Below, piece after piece: positions 1-8,524 of a DNA stretch of 64,000 bases. Location: contig BTWA01000014.1 in NCBI GenBank assembly GCA_045863295.1, positions 1-64,000 of the forward strand, given 5' to 3'. Within the stretch, counting starts at the first letter, position 1; each line of letters begins with the position of its first letter. The notes beneath the pieces are model-generated. The model was not told the origin of the DNA. It ran no database searches and was given only the letters and a program-made list of their open reading frames with translations. Both the position numbers and the translations under genes were made by a program. The DNA is from Candidatus Hydrogenedentota bacterium (GTDB lineage: Bacteria > Hydrogenedentota > Hydrogenedentia > Hydrogenedentales > SLHB01).

Positions 1-22
1 GTCGGTAGCCGTTAGGTCGCGC

Positions 23-51
23 TTGAATTGCCCTGCCGTTCATCTTAAAAT
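23..51 (+). promoter_or_regulatory. Putative sigma70 promoter of ppnP
   Basis: TTGAAT(23-28)-17 nt-TAAAAT(46-51), about 80 nt upstream of the ppnP ATG. Confidence 0.55.
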
Positions 52-130
52 TACGGACTCGTGACCCGAATTCAATCCATGCGAAGGCCGGTCCAATTAG
101 GTCCGGCCTTCTTTACGTAAAGGAAGAAAC

Positions 131-463
131 ATGTCGTATTCCGTGCCCGAGAAGTTTGAGAATGTCGGCGTTGTACCCAAAGCCAACGTGTATTTCGATG
201 GAAAAGTCGTCAGTCACACGGTGTTGTTTTCCGACGGCTCGAAGAAGACCCTGGGATTGATCTACCCCGGTTCGTATTCGTTTAACACCGGCGCAGCCGA
301 GCGGATGGAGATGACCGCGGGCACAAGCCGCGTTAAGCAGGCCGGCGAATCGGAGTGGAAGACCTATGGCGCCGGAACGTACTTCGATGTTCCCGCCAAC
401 TCTTCGTTTGAAATTGCTGTTGACAACGGTGTCGCCGAATACGTGTGCTCGTTCTTGTCTTAG
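131..463 (+). CDS. ppnP: Pyrimidine/purine nucleoside phosphorylase (DUF1255/YaiE cupin)
   Basis: 110 aa with KANVYFDGKVVS, KKTLG, FNTGAAERME, FDVPANSSF and EYVCSF, typical of PpnP; AAGGAAG RBS. Confidence 0.92.
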   Translation: MSYSVPEKFENVGVVPKANVYFDGKVVSHTVLFSDGSKKTLGLIYPGSYSFNTGAAERMEMTAGTSRVKQAGESEWKTYGAGTYFDVPANSSFEIAVDNGVAEYVCSFLS

Positions 464-482
464 TCTACGGGATAGTTCCACG

Positions 483-523
483 AGCGCGCCCTCATGCGAT
501 CGCATGAGGGCGCGCTTTTGTTT
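483..523 (+). terminator. Intrinsic terminator after ppnP
   Basis: Perfect 34-bp palindrome AGCGCGCCCTCATGCGA/TCGCATGAGGGCGCGCT (483-516) followed by TTTGTTT. Confidence 0.8.
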
Positions 524-584
524 CCAGGTACGCACGCGAATTGGTCGCGATCATCGTATACAATGTCGTCACGGAGGATTCTCC

Positions 585-2672
585 ATGCGAGCAATATGTG
601 CTTTAATCGTTTGTGGTTGCTGTGCAGCGCATGCCAACACCTGGCAGGAGGAGGCCGTCACGCGGGCCGGCAATGGACCGGGCGATCAGGCCGTGCTCGA
701 CAATATCGAGCCGTTTATAAATAGCCCCAATTCCGACGCCACACTGCGGGAAGAAGCCCGTCGGCTCTGCGAGGAAGTGGAACGGTGGATGACCGATCCC
801 AAGCTCGACTATTTTGGAAAGCAGGTGCTCGATGCAGGCACGTATGACTTCGGAGTATCGAAAGACTCCATCCTATATCCACTGTGCGAATACTACCTGG
901 CCCGCATGAAAGTATGGGTTACGTTGGAATACGGCGGACTCTGGAATGATCCGGTCAAGAAGCGCGAACGGTTCGACGAGATTCGCCCCATGTTTGAACG
1001 GCTTCACGCGCGGTTTCCCGAAAGTGACCTCATCAAAATGTATCTCGGTGAACCCATACCGCCTGATCGCCATAGTTACATCCCGCCCGAAGACCCCATG
1101 AATATGCGGAAGTCATTCTATGTGCCCGAAGGCGCGCCTGCGTGGGCTGTGGCCCAACGCGAAGCTATCGAGCGTCTGGCCGATATCATCGAATGGTGGA
1201 TTGACAATCGAATGCGGGAGGACGGCCAGTTTGGCGGAGGCTGGGGCGATGACTGCGAAATGTGGCGCTGGTGGGCGCCAGTGCTCGTGGGATTCGCCGA
1301 CCCCAAAATCAGCGCAGCTCAAGAACGCTTTTCCAAGGCCCTGCTTGCACAACCGCACATGAAGGATGGATATACGTCGCACGTTTTCGATGTGGAACAT
1401 ACGTCCGAAGACTCCTCCGATGTCCTCACGCCCATGATGCATCTGCAACCGGCCAATGAAGAGTGGAAAGCCAAAACCCTGCGCCTGGCGGAACTGTTCG
1501 AACACCTGTGGACCGGATTGAACGACCGCGGCCAACTCCAATTCAAGAGTACATACTTCAGCGTGGACAAGGTGGATGACAGTGCGGCGCGCGCGTGCGA
1601 CACCGTCTATCACCCACGTGCGGTACAGCCGGTGCTGCTGTATTGGCAGCGAACCAACGACCCGCACCTCACCGATCTCTTTTCCAGGTGGATGGATACA
1701 TGGGTGGACGCCGCCGCCCGGGAAGAGCGCGGAAAGCCGGCAGGCATCATTCCCAGCGCCATACACTGGCCAGACGGCGGCATCGGAGGCGTGGGCGAGG
1801 AATGGTGGAATCCCAAAAATCACTCCAGCGATCCGCTCTACGTGTTTCCCAGCGCAATGGGGCAGATGTTGAATACGCTGCTGCAAACCTATGCCATGAC
1901 CGGCAATGAAAAGTATCTCGCTCCCATTCGCAGCATGGCCCAGGCCCGGCTTGATTATCTGAACCATCCCCAAACAGGCAAACTCGAGCCCGGCAGCCTT
2001 GCCTGGTGTGCCGATCGACTGGGCAGTGTCAACACCGTAGCGGCCAAATACAAGTTTCTTACTGGTAAGACTGATCTGGACGAATTCTTGGCGAAGGACC
2101 CAACGCCTTACGCGGCATATCGCATGAATGGCGACATAACGTCCCTGACGAGTGCGCTGGAAGCCACGGCCGAGGCCTTGCGCGTCAACTTCTGGGGATA
2201 TACGAGCGAAGTGCGTTACACCGACCGGGTGTTGCGGTTTCCATCCATGTTTGGCGAGAACGGCATGTATCCGCAGGCAATACCCGCCATCAAAGTACCG
2301 GACACCGACCTTCTGTATTCCACCATTACAGGCGATCCCGGCACGGTACAGTATTTCCCGATGAATGCGGTTCGTTGGCATATCGCACCACGCGGATTCG
2401 CCGCTGTAGTGAAAGTTGCAACGTCGAAGCGGTTTGAAGCGGACGTGTTTCTATTTGGGGCCAACGGCTGGCCGGAAATGGAACTGTTCCGGCTCGATCC
2501 CGGAAAGTACACACTGACCGTTTCCGTGGAACGCGATTCGACCAAGCAGGTGGTCGAGCAAAACCAGTTTGAGGTGTTCGGATCCAGCACGCGCGTTCGT
2601 GTACCGATAAATGCATGGGGTAAGGCGAACACCATCGTTGTCGAACCCGTTGTAACCGGTGCTCCGTTATAG
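585..2672 (+). CDS. Secreted hypothetical protein (~695 aa), possibly an alpha/alpha-toroid carbohydrate-active enzyme
   Basis: Start moved from 366 to ATG 585 (GGAGG RBS 573-577); signal peptide MRAICALIVCGCCAAHA; Trp/Asp-rich motifs GQFGGGWGDDCEMWRWW and FDVEHTSED. Confidence 0.75.
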   Translation: MRAICALIVCGCCAAHANTWQEEAVTRAGNGPGDQAVLDNIEPFINSPNSDATLREEARRLCEEVERWMTDPKLDYFGKQVLDAGTYDFGVSKDSILYPLCEYYLARMKVWVTLEYGGLWNDPVKKRERFDEIRPMFERLHARFPESDLIKMYLGEPIPPDRHSYIPPEDPMNMRKSFYVPEGAPAWAVAQREAIERLADIIEWWIDNRMREDGQFGGGWGDDCEMWRWWAPVLVGFADPKISAAQERFSKALLAQPHMKDGYTSHVFDVEHTSEDSSDVLTPMMHLQPANEEWKAKTLRLAELFEHLWTGLNDRGQLQFKSTYFSVDKVDDSAARACDTVYHPRAVQPVLLYWQRTNDPHLTDLFSRWMDTWVDAAAREERGKPAGIIPSAIHWPDGGIGGVGEEWWNPKNHSSDPLYVFPSAMGQMLNTLLQTYAMTGNEKYLAPIRSMAQARLDYLNHPQTGKLEPGSLAWCADRLGSVNTVAAKYKFLTGKTDLDEFLAKDPTPYAAYRMNGDITSLTSALEATAEALRVNFWGYTSEVRYTDRVLRFPSMFGENGMYPQAIPAIKVPDTDLLYSTITGDPGTVQYFPMNAVRWHIAPRGFAAVVKVATSKRFEADVFLFGANGWPEMELFRLDPGKYTLTVSVERDSTKQVVEQNQFEVFGSSTRVRVPINAWGKANTIVVEPVVTGAPL

Positions 2673-2928
2673 TTGGCAGACTGCGGTGGCGTGGGGTACA
2701 TTGGAATGTGCGGGAGGGCGGCTACCAAACCTCATGCGGGGCTAGGTCCACCTTCTATTGAAAGTGGGGCTGGCCAGCCGCCCTCTCGCCTCAATTGAAA
2801 GCGTGCAATTCACGGCCAGCGGGGAATGACCGTGGACTCGTTCTGTTCTGTCCTGCCGTGGTGGAGTCCCGGACGGCTTCATTTCGTTGAGTATCACCCG
2901 CCTGGTCGTGTGTGCTGTCCTATTCACA

Positions 2929-2957
2929 ATGATACAGTGCATACAGGAAAAAGTCAA
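2929..2957 (-). promoter_or_regulatory. Putative sigma70 promoter on the minus strand with no convincing downstream gene
   Basis: Minus strand reads TTGACT-17 nt-TATCAT. Confidence 0.55.
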
Positions 2958-3136
2958 TAAGTCTTTTATTTCCAATATGTTGCAAATTTTTACACTTACC
3001 CTGAAAGGCGCTGTTCAGCCTTTGTACAGTCACGCATGGAATGTCTAATAAGTAGCCAAAATAGCGAACACACAGGTTCTTTTTTGCGATACGCCGTGTT
3101 CGCTACGAATCCCCGGATTGCGGTATAAAGATCGCC

Positions 3137-5791
3137 ATGAAAAAAAATTCGCGGTTCACGCTCGCTTTCATATCCTGCCTTCTCTTCACATTCTGCTGTC
3201 GGTGCACCACTTCTCAGGGGCAATGGATCGAAGAACGCCACAACCCGCATCTGACCGCCTTTCAGCCTTTACCGGGCAACTTGAGCGAGTCCCCACTTAT
3301 AGACGCCACGTTCGACTTGGGGCGAACAAAACCACCAATTGTGCGCGCGGAATTGCCCGGAGGAGATGCCGTTGGACTTTGTCTGGTAAACGGTGCGCTG
3401 ACCTGCTACACAACCGAAGGCACAGCGCGTTGGACGTGCCACCCAGCGGGACTCAACTTTGAGCAAATTATCGCCGTTCGCGATTTGAACAAGGATGGAT
3501 CGACGGAAGTGCTGCTGCAGGCGGGAAGGCCCACGCCTCCGTATGGCGCGGCAGCGCTGGTCTCATTGAATACCGGAGAATTGATTTGGCGATACGACGT
3601 GGATCCGATGTCCTACCAATGGTACGCATACGCAGGATCGTACCTTCCCAATCGGATCGACGAACAGATCGTGGTCATCATGATGGGATACCCCCCGGAC
3701 AAGGATAACGGCTACATAACCCTGTTCGAGTATGCGGACGGCGCCAACGTGCTCTCCGGGAGGTGGCGCTATGAATTCTCCGAGTACACCTGTTTTCCCA
3801 CATTTCATCAGACCGACCTCGAAGGCGACGGTGTGCGCGACCTGGTGGTGCAGTCGCACAGCCGCATGTGGGTATTGGATGCCGTCAGCGGCGCCATGAA
3901 ACACTTCGCAAAATGGGACGTAGCCCCCGCCAACGTTCGCAGTTATGGTCTGACAGAGTTTGTGGACTTAAACAGGGACGGGCTGGACGATTTTCTTTGT
4001 ATTGGCACGTTCGCCCTACACCATGAAGTGCTGCTAAACAGAGGGGGGGCATTTGAGAAAGCCTGGCATCAGGGCTGGGCGGAAAGTGTAACCACGGGCA
4101 AAGTAGCTTCGGTGTATCCAGTGCCCGCTTATGCCGACTGCGATGACAATGACGGCCTGGAAATTGTCGTGTCCATGTATAACGCAGAAGATGAGAGCGC
4201 GTGGCTCACCCGGATCTACGACGCCGTGTCCGGCGAACTGCGGTATAGAGTGCCCAATTTTGCGGCGGTTGCTCTCCACGATGTGGATGGCGACGGCGAT
4301 GCGGAAATTCTAGGCAACATGACACATGATCCTACACGCACTGCGCAGGAAGGGGCAGCCATCTACGAGTGCGTTGAAGGGGGCGTGCAGCAACGTTGGT
4401 CTGAACCGTCCTGCGTTGCCGTCTCTCCAAAAGCCAACGCACCGCTTTGCGTCGAGTCACAGGGGGCCGTGTTCGCGATTACGTATGCCTCCGAGTCCAA
4501 GTCCTTCATCCTTTCTCCTTGGGAACGATCCAATCAAAAACAAGCCAAGCGAATCGAGTTCGCGGCAATCCCGGAATCCCTGGGGCCTCCCATGCCCACT
4601 TTACTCGCGGCCAATCTTGTGGGCGATGCCCGGAACGAATTGCTGCTGTGGAGCGAGCCTCTGCTGCGCGTACTTTCTCTGGACAAGAGTTCGTTCGTGC
4701 AGGTGGCGGAGTTTACTTCGTCAGCGCTGCCGGCGCTTGCCGATTTCAATGGCGACGGGGCTTTGGATTTGGCCACCTGTTCGGTGGATCCCTCCCACGA
4801 TCCGATCATCGAAGTGGTGTGCCCATCACAGGGGAACGCGACACTCTGGAAATGCGAGTTTCCGGCTGCCGGCCGCCCAGGCCTTCCCCAACCCAGGCAG
4901 GCGTATCTGCGAACCGGTCACTTCACAGGAAAAAGCACTCCGGACCTGTACGTTTGGGCGGGCACGCCTATTGTGCGAAGCGCGGTGATTGAAGGCACCA
5001 CGGGTTCGCTCATGTGGGACAAGGGCGAGACCCCGGGGCTTGAACGGTATTGGGGCGCCAGCGTGAACCTCGCGTCTGTGTACGATTTCAACACCGACGG
5101 CAAAGAAGACCTGGTTTTCACCAACCCCGATTATTACTGCGTGGCCGACGGCCCAACGGGCAATCCGCTGTTCGGACCCGCATTTCCCCCCGAAATATTC
5201 AATCAGCCTTGTCAGGGTCTCTATACCCTGCCTGCAATACTGACTCGCGATGGGGGACAGGAGCCGTGGGTCGCGCTGGTATCCGGCCATTATTTTCAGG
5301 CGGTGATGACGCTGCACTCCCAACCGCTTTGGCATTCAATTCCCGCGGTCGGCGAACACGCACCGAAACGCGAGGGATTCATCCGCTTGCCTTCCGGCGC
5401 ATGGTTCATGGGAGAAGGCCGACAAGACGGACGGTTCGTTTGCGTGGATGTCGAAACGGGCCGCTCCCGATGGGAAATGGATACAGGCGGTAGTTTGTCG
5501 GAAGTCATTGCTAACGACGTGGACGGCGATGGCAATCCTGAGTTTGTCTTCGGGACCAGCCATGGGGATTTGTATGCAATCCATGACAAAAACGGCGTAC
5601 CCGAGACGGTGTGGAAGATGAACTTGGGTTCAACCATCGGTTCACCCATAGCCGCCGATCTGGATGGAAACGGAAGAAGCGAGATCGCGGTTTGCACCGC
5701 GGATGGCAGGGTTGTACTCTTGGACCGGCCTCAGCCTCCGCCTGAAAAAAATGTGCCCGGGCAGACCTCGCCTCCAACCCTCAAACGGTAA
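3137..5791 (+). CDS. Secreted/lipoprotein FG-GAP(VCBS)-repeat beta-propeller protein
   Basis: Signal peptide with Cys; about ten DxDxDG-type motifs (DLNKDG, DLEGDG, DLNRDG, DVDGDG x2, DFNGDG, DFNTDG, DLDGNG and others) and PQQ-like 'TGELIW' repeats. Confidence 0.8.
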   Translation: MKKNSRFTLAFISCLLFTFCCRCTTSQGQWIEERHNPHLTAFQPLPGNLSESPLIDATFDLGRTKPPIVRAELPGGDAVGLCLVNGALTCYTTEGTARWTCHPAGLNFEQIIAVRDLNKDGSTEVLLQAGRPTPPYGAAALVSLNTGELIWRYDVDPMSYQWYAYAGSYLPNRIDEQIVVIMMGYPPDKDNGYITLFEYADGANVLSGRWRYEFSEYTCFPTFHQTDLEGDGVRDLVVQSHSRMWVLDAVSGAMKHFAKWDVAPANVRSYGLTEFVDLNRDGLDDFLCIGTFALHHEVLLNRGGAFEKAWHQGWAESVTTGKVASVYPVPAYADCDDNDGLEIVVSMYNAEDESAWLTRIYDAVSGELRYRVPNFAAVALHDVDGDGDAEILGNMTHDPTRTAQEGAAIYECVEGGVQQRWSEPSCVAVSPKANAPLCVESQGAVFAITYASESKSFILSPWERSNQKQAKRIEFAAIPESLGPPMPTLLAANLVGDARNELLLWSEPLLRVLSLDKSSFVQVAEFTSSALPALADFNGDGALDLATCSVDPSHDPIIEVVCPSQGNATLWKCEFPAAGRPGLPQPRQAYLRTGHFTGKSTPDLYVWAGTPIVRSAVIEGTTGSLMWDKGETPGLERYWGASVNLASVYDFNTDGKEDLVFTNPDYYCVADGPTGNPLFGPAFPPEIFNQPCQGLYTLPAILTRDGGQEPWVALVSGHYFQAVMTLHSQPLWHSIPAVGEHAPKREGFIRLPSGAWFMGEGRQDGRFVCVDVETGRSRWEMDTGGSLSEVIANDVDGDGNPEFVFGTSHGDLYAIHDKNGVPETVWKMNLGSTIGSPIAADLDGNGRSEIAVCTADGRVVLLDRPQPPPEKNVPGQTSPPTLKR

Positions 5792-5928
5792 CCTCCCCAG
5801 CGTTTAGCAGAGTTGACATAACATTGCCGTTCATTCACGTCAACGCTGTTTTTCAGCAGGATTGCATGCAATTGTGTCATAATTGACATAGGCTGCCGCA
5901 CGACTGCAAAAGTTCTTGGAAAAGGGTA

Positions 5929-5957
5929 TTGCGTTTTTTGTATATTCTGTCTACAAT
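5929..5957 (+). promoter_or_regulatory. Putative sigma70 promoter of the EPS/exosortase operon
   Basis: TTGCGT(5929-5934)-17 nt-TACAAT(5952-5957), overlapped by the inverted repeat GTATATT-N8-AATATAC (5940-5961). Confidence 0.55.
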
Positions 5958-6083
5958 ATACTGTATGAGTGGCAAGTGACACAGGCTATTTGGTGGAAGG
6001 TATCATTTACGTGGCTCGGCCCCACGGCCGGATGTGCTCAAGGGCGTGTTGATGCAGGATCAACCGTGTAACTGGATCTGAAC

Positions 6084-7184
6084 ATGATGGCAATTCAATC
6101 TGCAGTGGACTGGCAATCAGATGACGCCATTCGATCGCCCCTTCATGAGTCGCTGGTTGGCCATAGCGAGGCGATCCAGGCAGTCCGAGATTTAATACAA
6201 AAGCTTGCTAAATCAAACCTTACGGTGCTTGTAACCGGGGAAAGTGGGACCGGCAAAGACATTGCAGCTCGCCTGTTGCACCGATACTCACCCCGGCACT
6301 CGAAACCGTTCATTAAAGTTAACTGCCCTGCCATCCCGGAAAGCATCCTGGAAAGTGAGCTTTTTGGATATGAAAGAGGGGCATTTACAGGCGCACGAAC
6401 GACCAAGCCGGGCCGATTTGAACTCGCCCACCTTGGTACGATATTTCTTGACGAAATCGCCGAAACCTCGCCTACCGTACAAGGCAAGCTGCTCCAAGTT
6501 CTTGATGGCGAACCCGTTTTGCGGATTGGCGGTGTGCAGGCCGTCCAAGTCGATGTACGCGTCATCGCCGCAACAAACATTCCCCTGGAACGTGCGGTCG
6601 GCGATGGGCATATGCGCGAAGACATCTATTATCGACTGAGCGAAGTGGTCATTGAGATGCCGGCATTGCGCAATCGCCTGGAAGACTTGCCGCTGTTGGC
6701 GGAGCACTTTAATTACAACTTCCGCCAGCGGCTGGGGATGGATTACGTACCGATTGCGCAGGCGTTGATCAAAAAGATGCAGGATCAGGAATGGCCAGGT
6801 AACATTCGGGAATTGGCGGCTCGGGTGCGGAAGTTTGCCGCCACGTCCAATCCACATGACTTGCTATACGACGCTCCCGAGACGGCCGCTCCAGCGGCCG
6901 ATACCGTATCCCCGGCCACAATGCAGGCGGAATTCGTAGTCTCCCCAGACGTAAGCAACGGCCCCGCAGGAAAATTACAGCCCAAGGATGAACGCAAGCA
7001 ATTTACGCCATTAAAAGAAGCCGTCAAGCGGGCCGTGGAAGAAACCGAACGAAACCTGATTGAAGACGCGTTGCGCTACACGCTTTGGAACCGCCGCAAG
7101 GCCGCAAAACTGTTGAAGGTGAGCTATAGCTCCTTGTTGCGCCGGATGGAAGCATACGGCATTGGCAAGAAAACAATGGGATGA
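6084..7184 (+). CDS. Sigma54-dependent enhancer-binding protein (AAA+ and Fis-type HTH) lacking an N-terminal sensor/receiver domain
   Basis: GESGTGKD Walker A, ESELFG..GAFTGA, IFLDEI Walker B, WPGNIREL, C-terminal NRRKAAKLLKVS HTH; only ~22 aa precede the AAA domain. Confidence 0.92.
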   Translation: MMAIQSAVDWQSDDAIRSPLHESLVGHSEAIQAVRDLIQKLAKSNLTVLVTGESGTGKDIAARLLHRYSPRHSKPFIKVNCPAIPESILESELFGYERGAFTGARTTKPGRFELAHLGTIFLDEIAETSPTVQGKLLQVLDGEPVLRIGGVQAVQVDVRVIAATNIPLERAVGDGHMREDIYYRLSEVVIEMPALRNRLEDLPLLAEHFNYNFRQRLGMDYVPIAQALIKKMQDQEWPGNIRELAARVRKFAATSNPHDLLYDAPETAAPAADTVSPATMQAEFVVSPDVSNGPAGKLQPKDERKQFTPLKEAVKRAVEETERNLIEDALRYTLWNRRKAAKLLKVSYSSLLRRMEAYGIGKKTMG

Positions 7185-8521
7185 TGGCACCGATGAGACA
7201 CAGTCCAAACCATCGACTCGCGGCCGGCCGCAGGACGTCATGCGGCGCATTGGCGCTTCTCCTGGTGTGTACATTCGCCGGCGAGTCTATAGCAGACGGT
7301 GTGATCAAGAAGCGTTCCCACTTCAGCCGAAAGGGCGACAGCGCCGTGGTGGAGCGCGTGGTCATGGAGACCACGGATCTACATCAGCTTCCCGCGCCAG
7401 CAAAGCATACTGGGCCAAAACTCGCGGCGAACGGGCCGGAACCAGGCCAGTCGGCGGACGTGCTTGCCGAACCGCCGGCCATGCAGCAGGAATACACCAT
7501 CGCACCGGGTGACACCCTTCAGTTTCAGTCGTTTAGCGATCCCTCCTTGACGCGCGAGGAAGTGCGCGTGCTGTACGATGGGTCTATCTCGCTGCCGCTG
7601 ATCCAGGACGTTACGGTTGGAGGTCTGACGCGGACCGATGCGGAGTCGGCGATTCGGACGGCGTATTCCCAAGTCTTTCGCGATCCACAGATTGCGCTGA
7701 CGGTCCGATCGTCCACGGGGAAATTCTATTCCGTGCTGGGCGACGTCCTGAAGCAGGATCGGTTTCCTTATCAAGGGCCAACCACTGTGGTGGATGCAAT
7801 TAACATTGCGGGCGGACTGCGAGTTTCCCAGCGATCCGGCGGAGAGTCATTTGCTCCTTCGCAAGGCACGTTAACCAAGGCATTCATCATTCGCCGCGGA
7901 CCGCGGCAGCGCGAAGTGATTGAATTGGACTTGCGCGGACTGACGGACGGCGGCGCACACGCATCGGACACGCCGATTTACCCCGGAGACATCGTGTACG
8001 TGCCGGAAGGAGTAAACCTCGTCTTTGTTATTGGCGAAGTGCGCGGTCCCGGCGCCTACAACCTGGCCGAGGGCGAAACCCTGTTGAAAGTCATCGGCAG
8101 GGCGGGAGGCCATGTGGACAGCACAGCGCGGTTGCAGCACGTGGTCCTGATGCGCCAGATCAATGAAACCGACAGCGAGGTTGTTTTAATCGACGCGCGT
8201 GAAATCCTGAAGACCGGCCAGGACGTGGTCATTAAACCGGGCGATTTGATTTACATTCCCCGGAAGAACCTTGTGCGTCTGGAAGAATTCATCAACCGGT
8301 TTACAGGCAGCATTTCACCGATTCTCAGCTTGTACACCCAGGCGTTCGATGCATACTACGCGGATCGCCGGAACAAATTGTTGTTTGACAACAATACCAG
8401 CGACAACCAGATTGTGAATTCGCTTCAAACCTTGCAGGGACTCGGCGATGTCGCGGGCACCTTATTGAACACCACGCCGCCCGCATTGCCGGCCGCAGAC
8501 GATCAGAACCAAGGAAACTGA
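7181..8521 (+). CDS. Polysaccharide export protein (OPX/Wza family; Poly_export plus SLBB domains)
   Basis: YTIAPGDTL..DGSISLPLI..V.VGGLT, VLGDV, VFVIGEVRGPG, IKPGDLIYIP; ATGA overlap with the regulator. Confidence 0.88.
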   Translation: MMAPMRHSPNHRLAAGRRTSCGALALLLVCTFAGESIADGVIKKRSHFSRKGDSAVVERVVMETTDLHQLPAPAKHTGPKLAANGPEPGQSADVLAEPPAMQQEYTIAPGDTLQFQSFSDPSLTREEVRVLYDGSISLPLIQDVTVGGLTRTDAESAIRTAYSQVFRDPQIALTVRSSTGKFYSVLGDVLKQDRFPYQGPTTVVDAINIAGGLRVSQRSGGESFAPSQGTLTKAFIIRRGPRQREVIELDLRGLTDGGAHASDTPIYPGDIVYVPEGVNLVFVIGEVRGPGAYNLAEGETLLKVIGRAGGHVDSTARLQHVVLMRQINETDSEVVLIDAREILKTGQDVVIKPGDLIYIPRKNLVRLEEFINRFTGSISPILSLYTQAFDAYYADRRNKLLFDNNTSDNQIVNSLQTLQGLGDVAGTLLNTTPPALPAADDQNQGN

Positions 8522-8524
8522 GCC

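Noticed and set aside
366..584. N-terminal extension of the 768-aa ORF in the track
   Set aside because: It overlaps ppnP and its terminator; the RBS and signal peptide fit ATG 585.
1113..2381. 422-aa minus-strand ORF (likewise 21030-22292, 35264-36229, 39558-40322, 53259-54044)
   Set aside because: Antisense shadows of well-supported genes in GC-rich DNA, with no recognisable motifs.
6084..6300. FleQ-type c-di-GMP binding site in the bEBP
   Set aside because: The position equivalent to FleQ LFRS reads LHES and the RN pair reads RL, so sequence does not support it.
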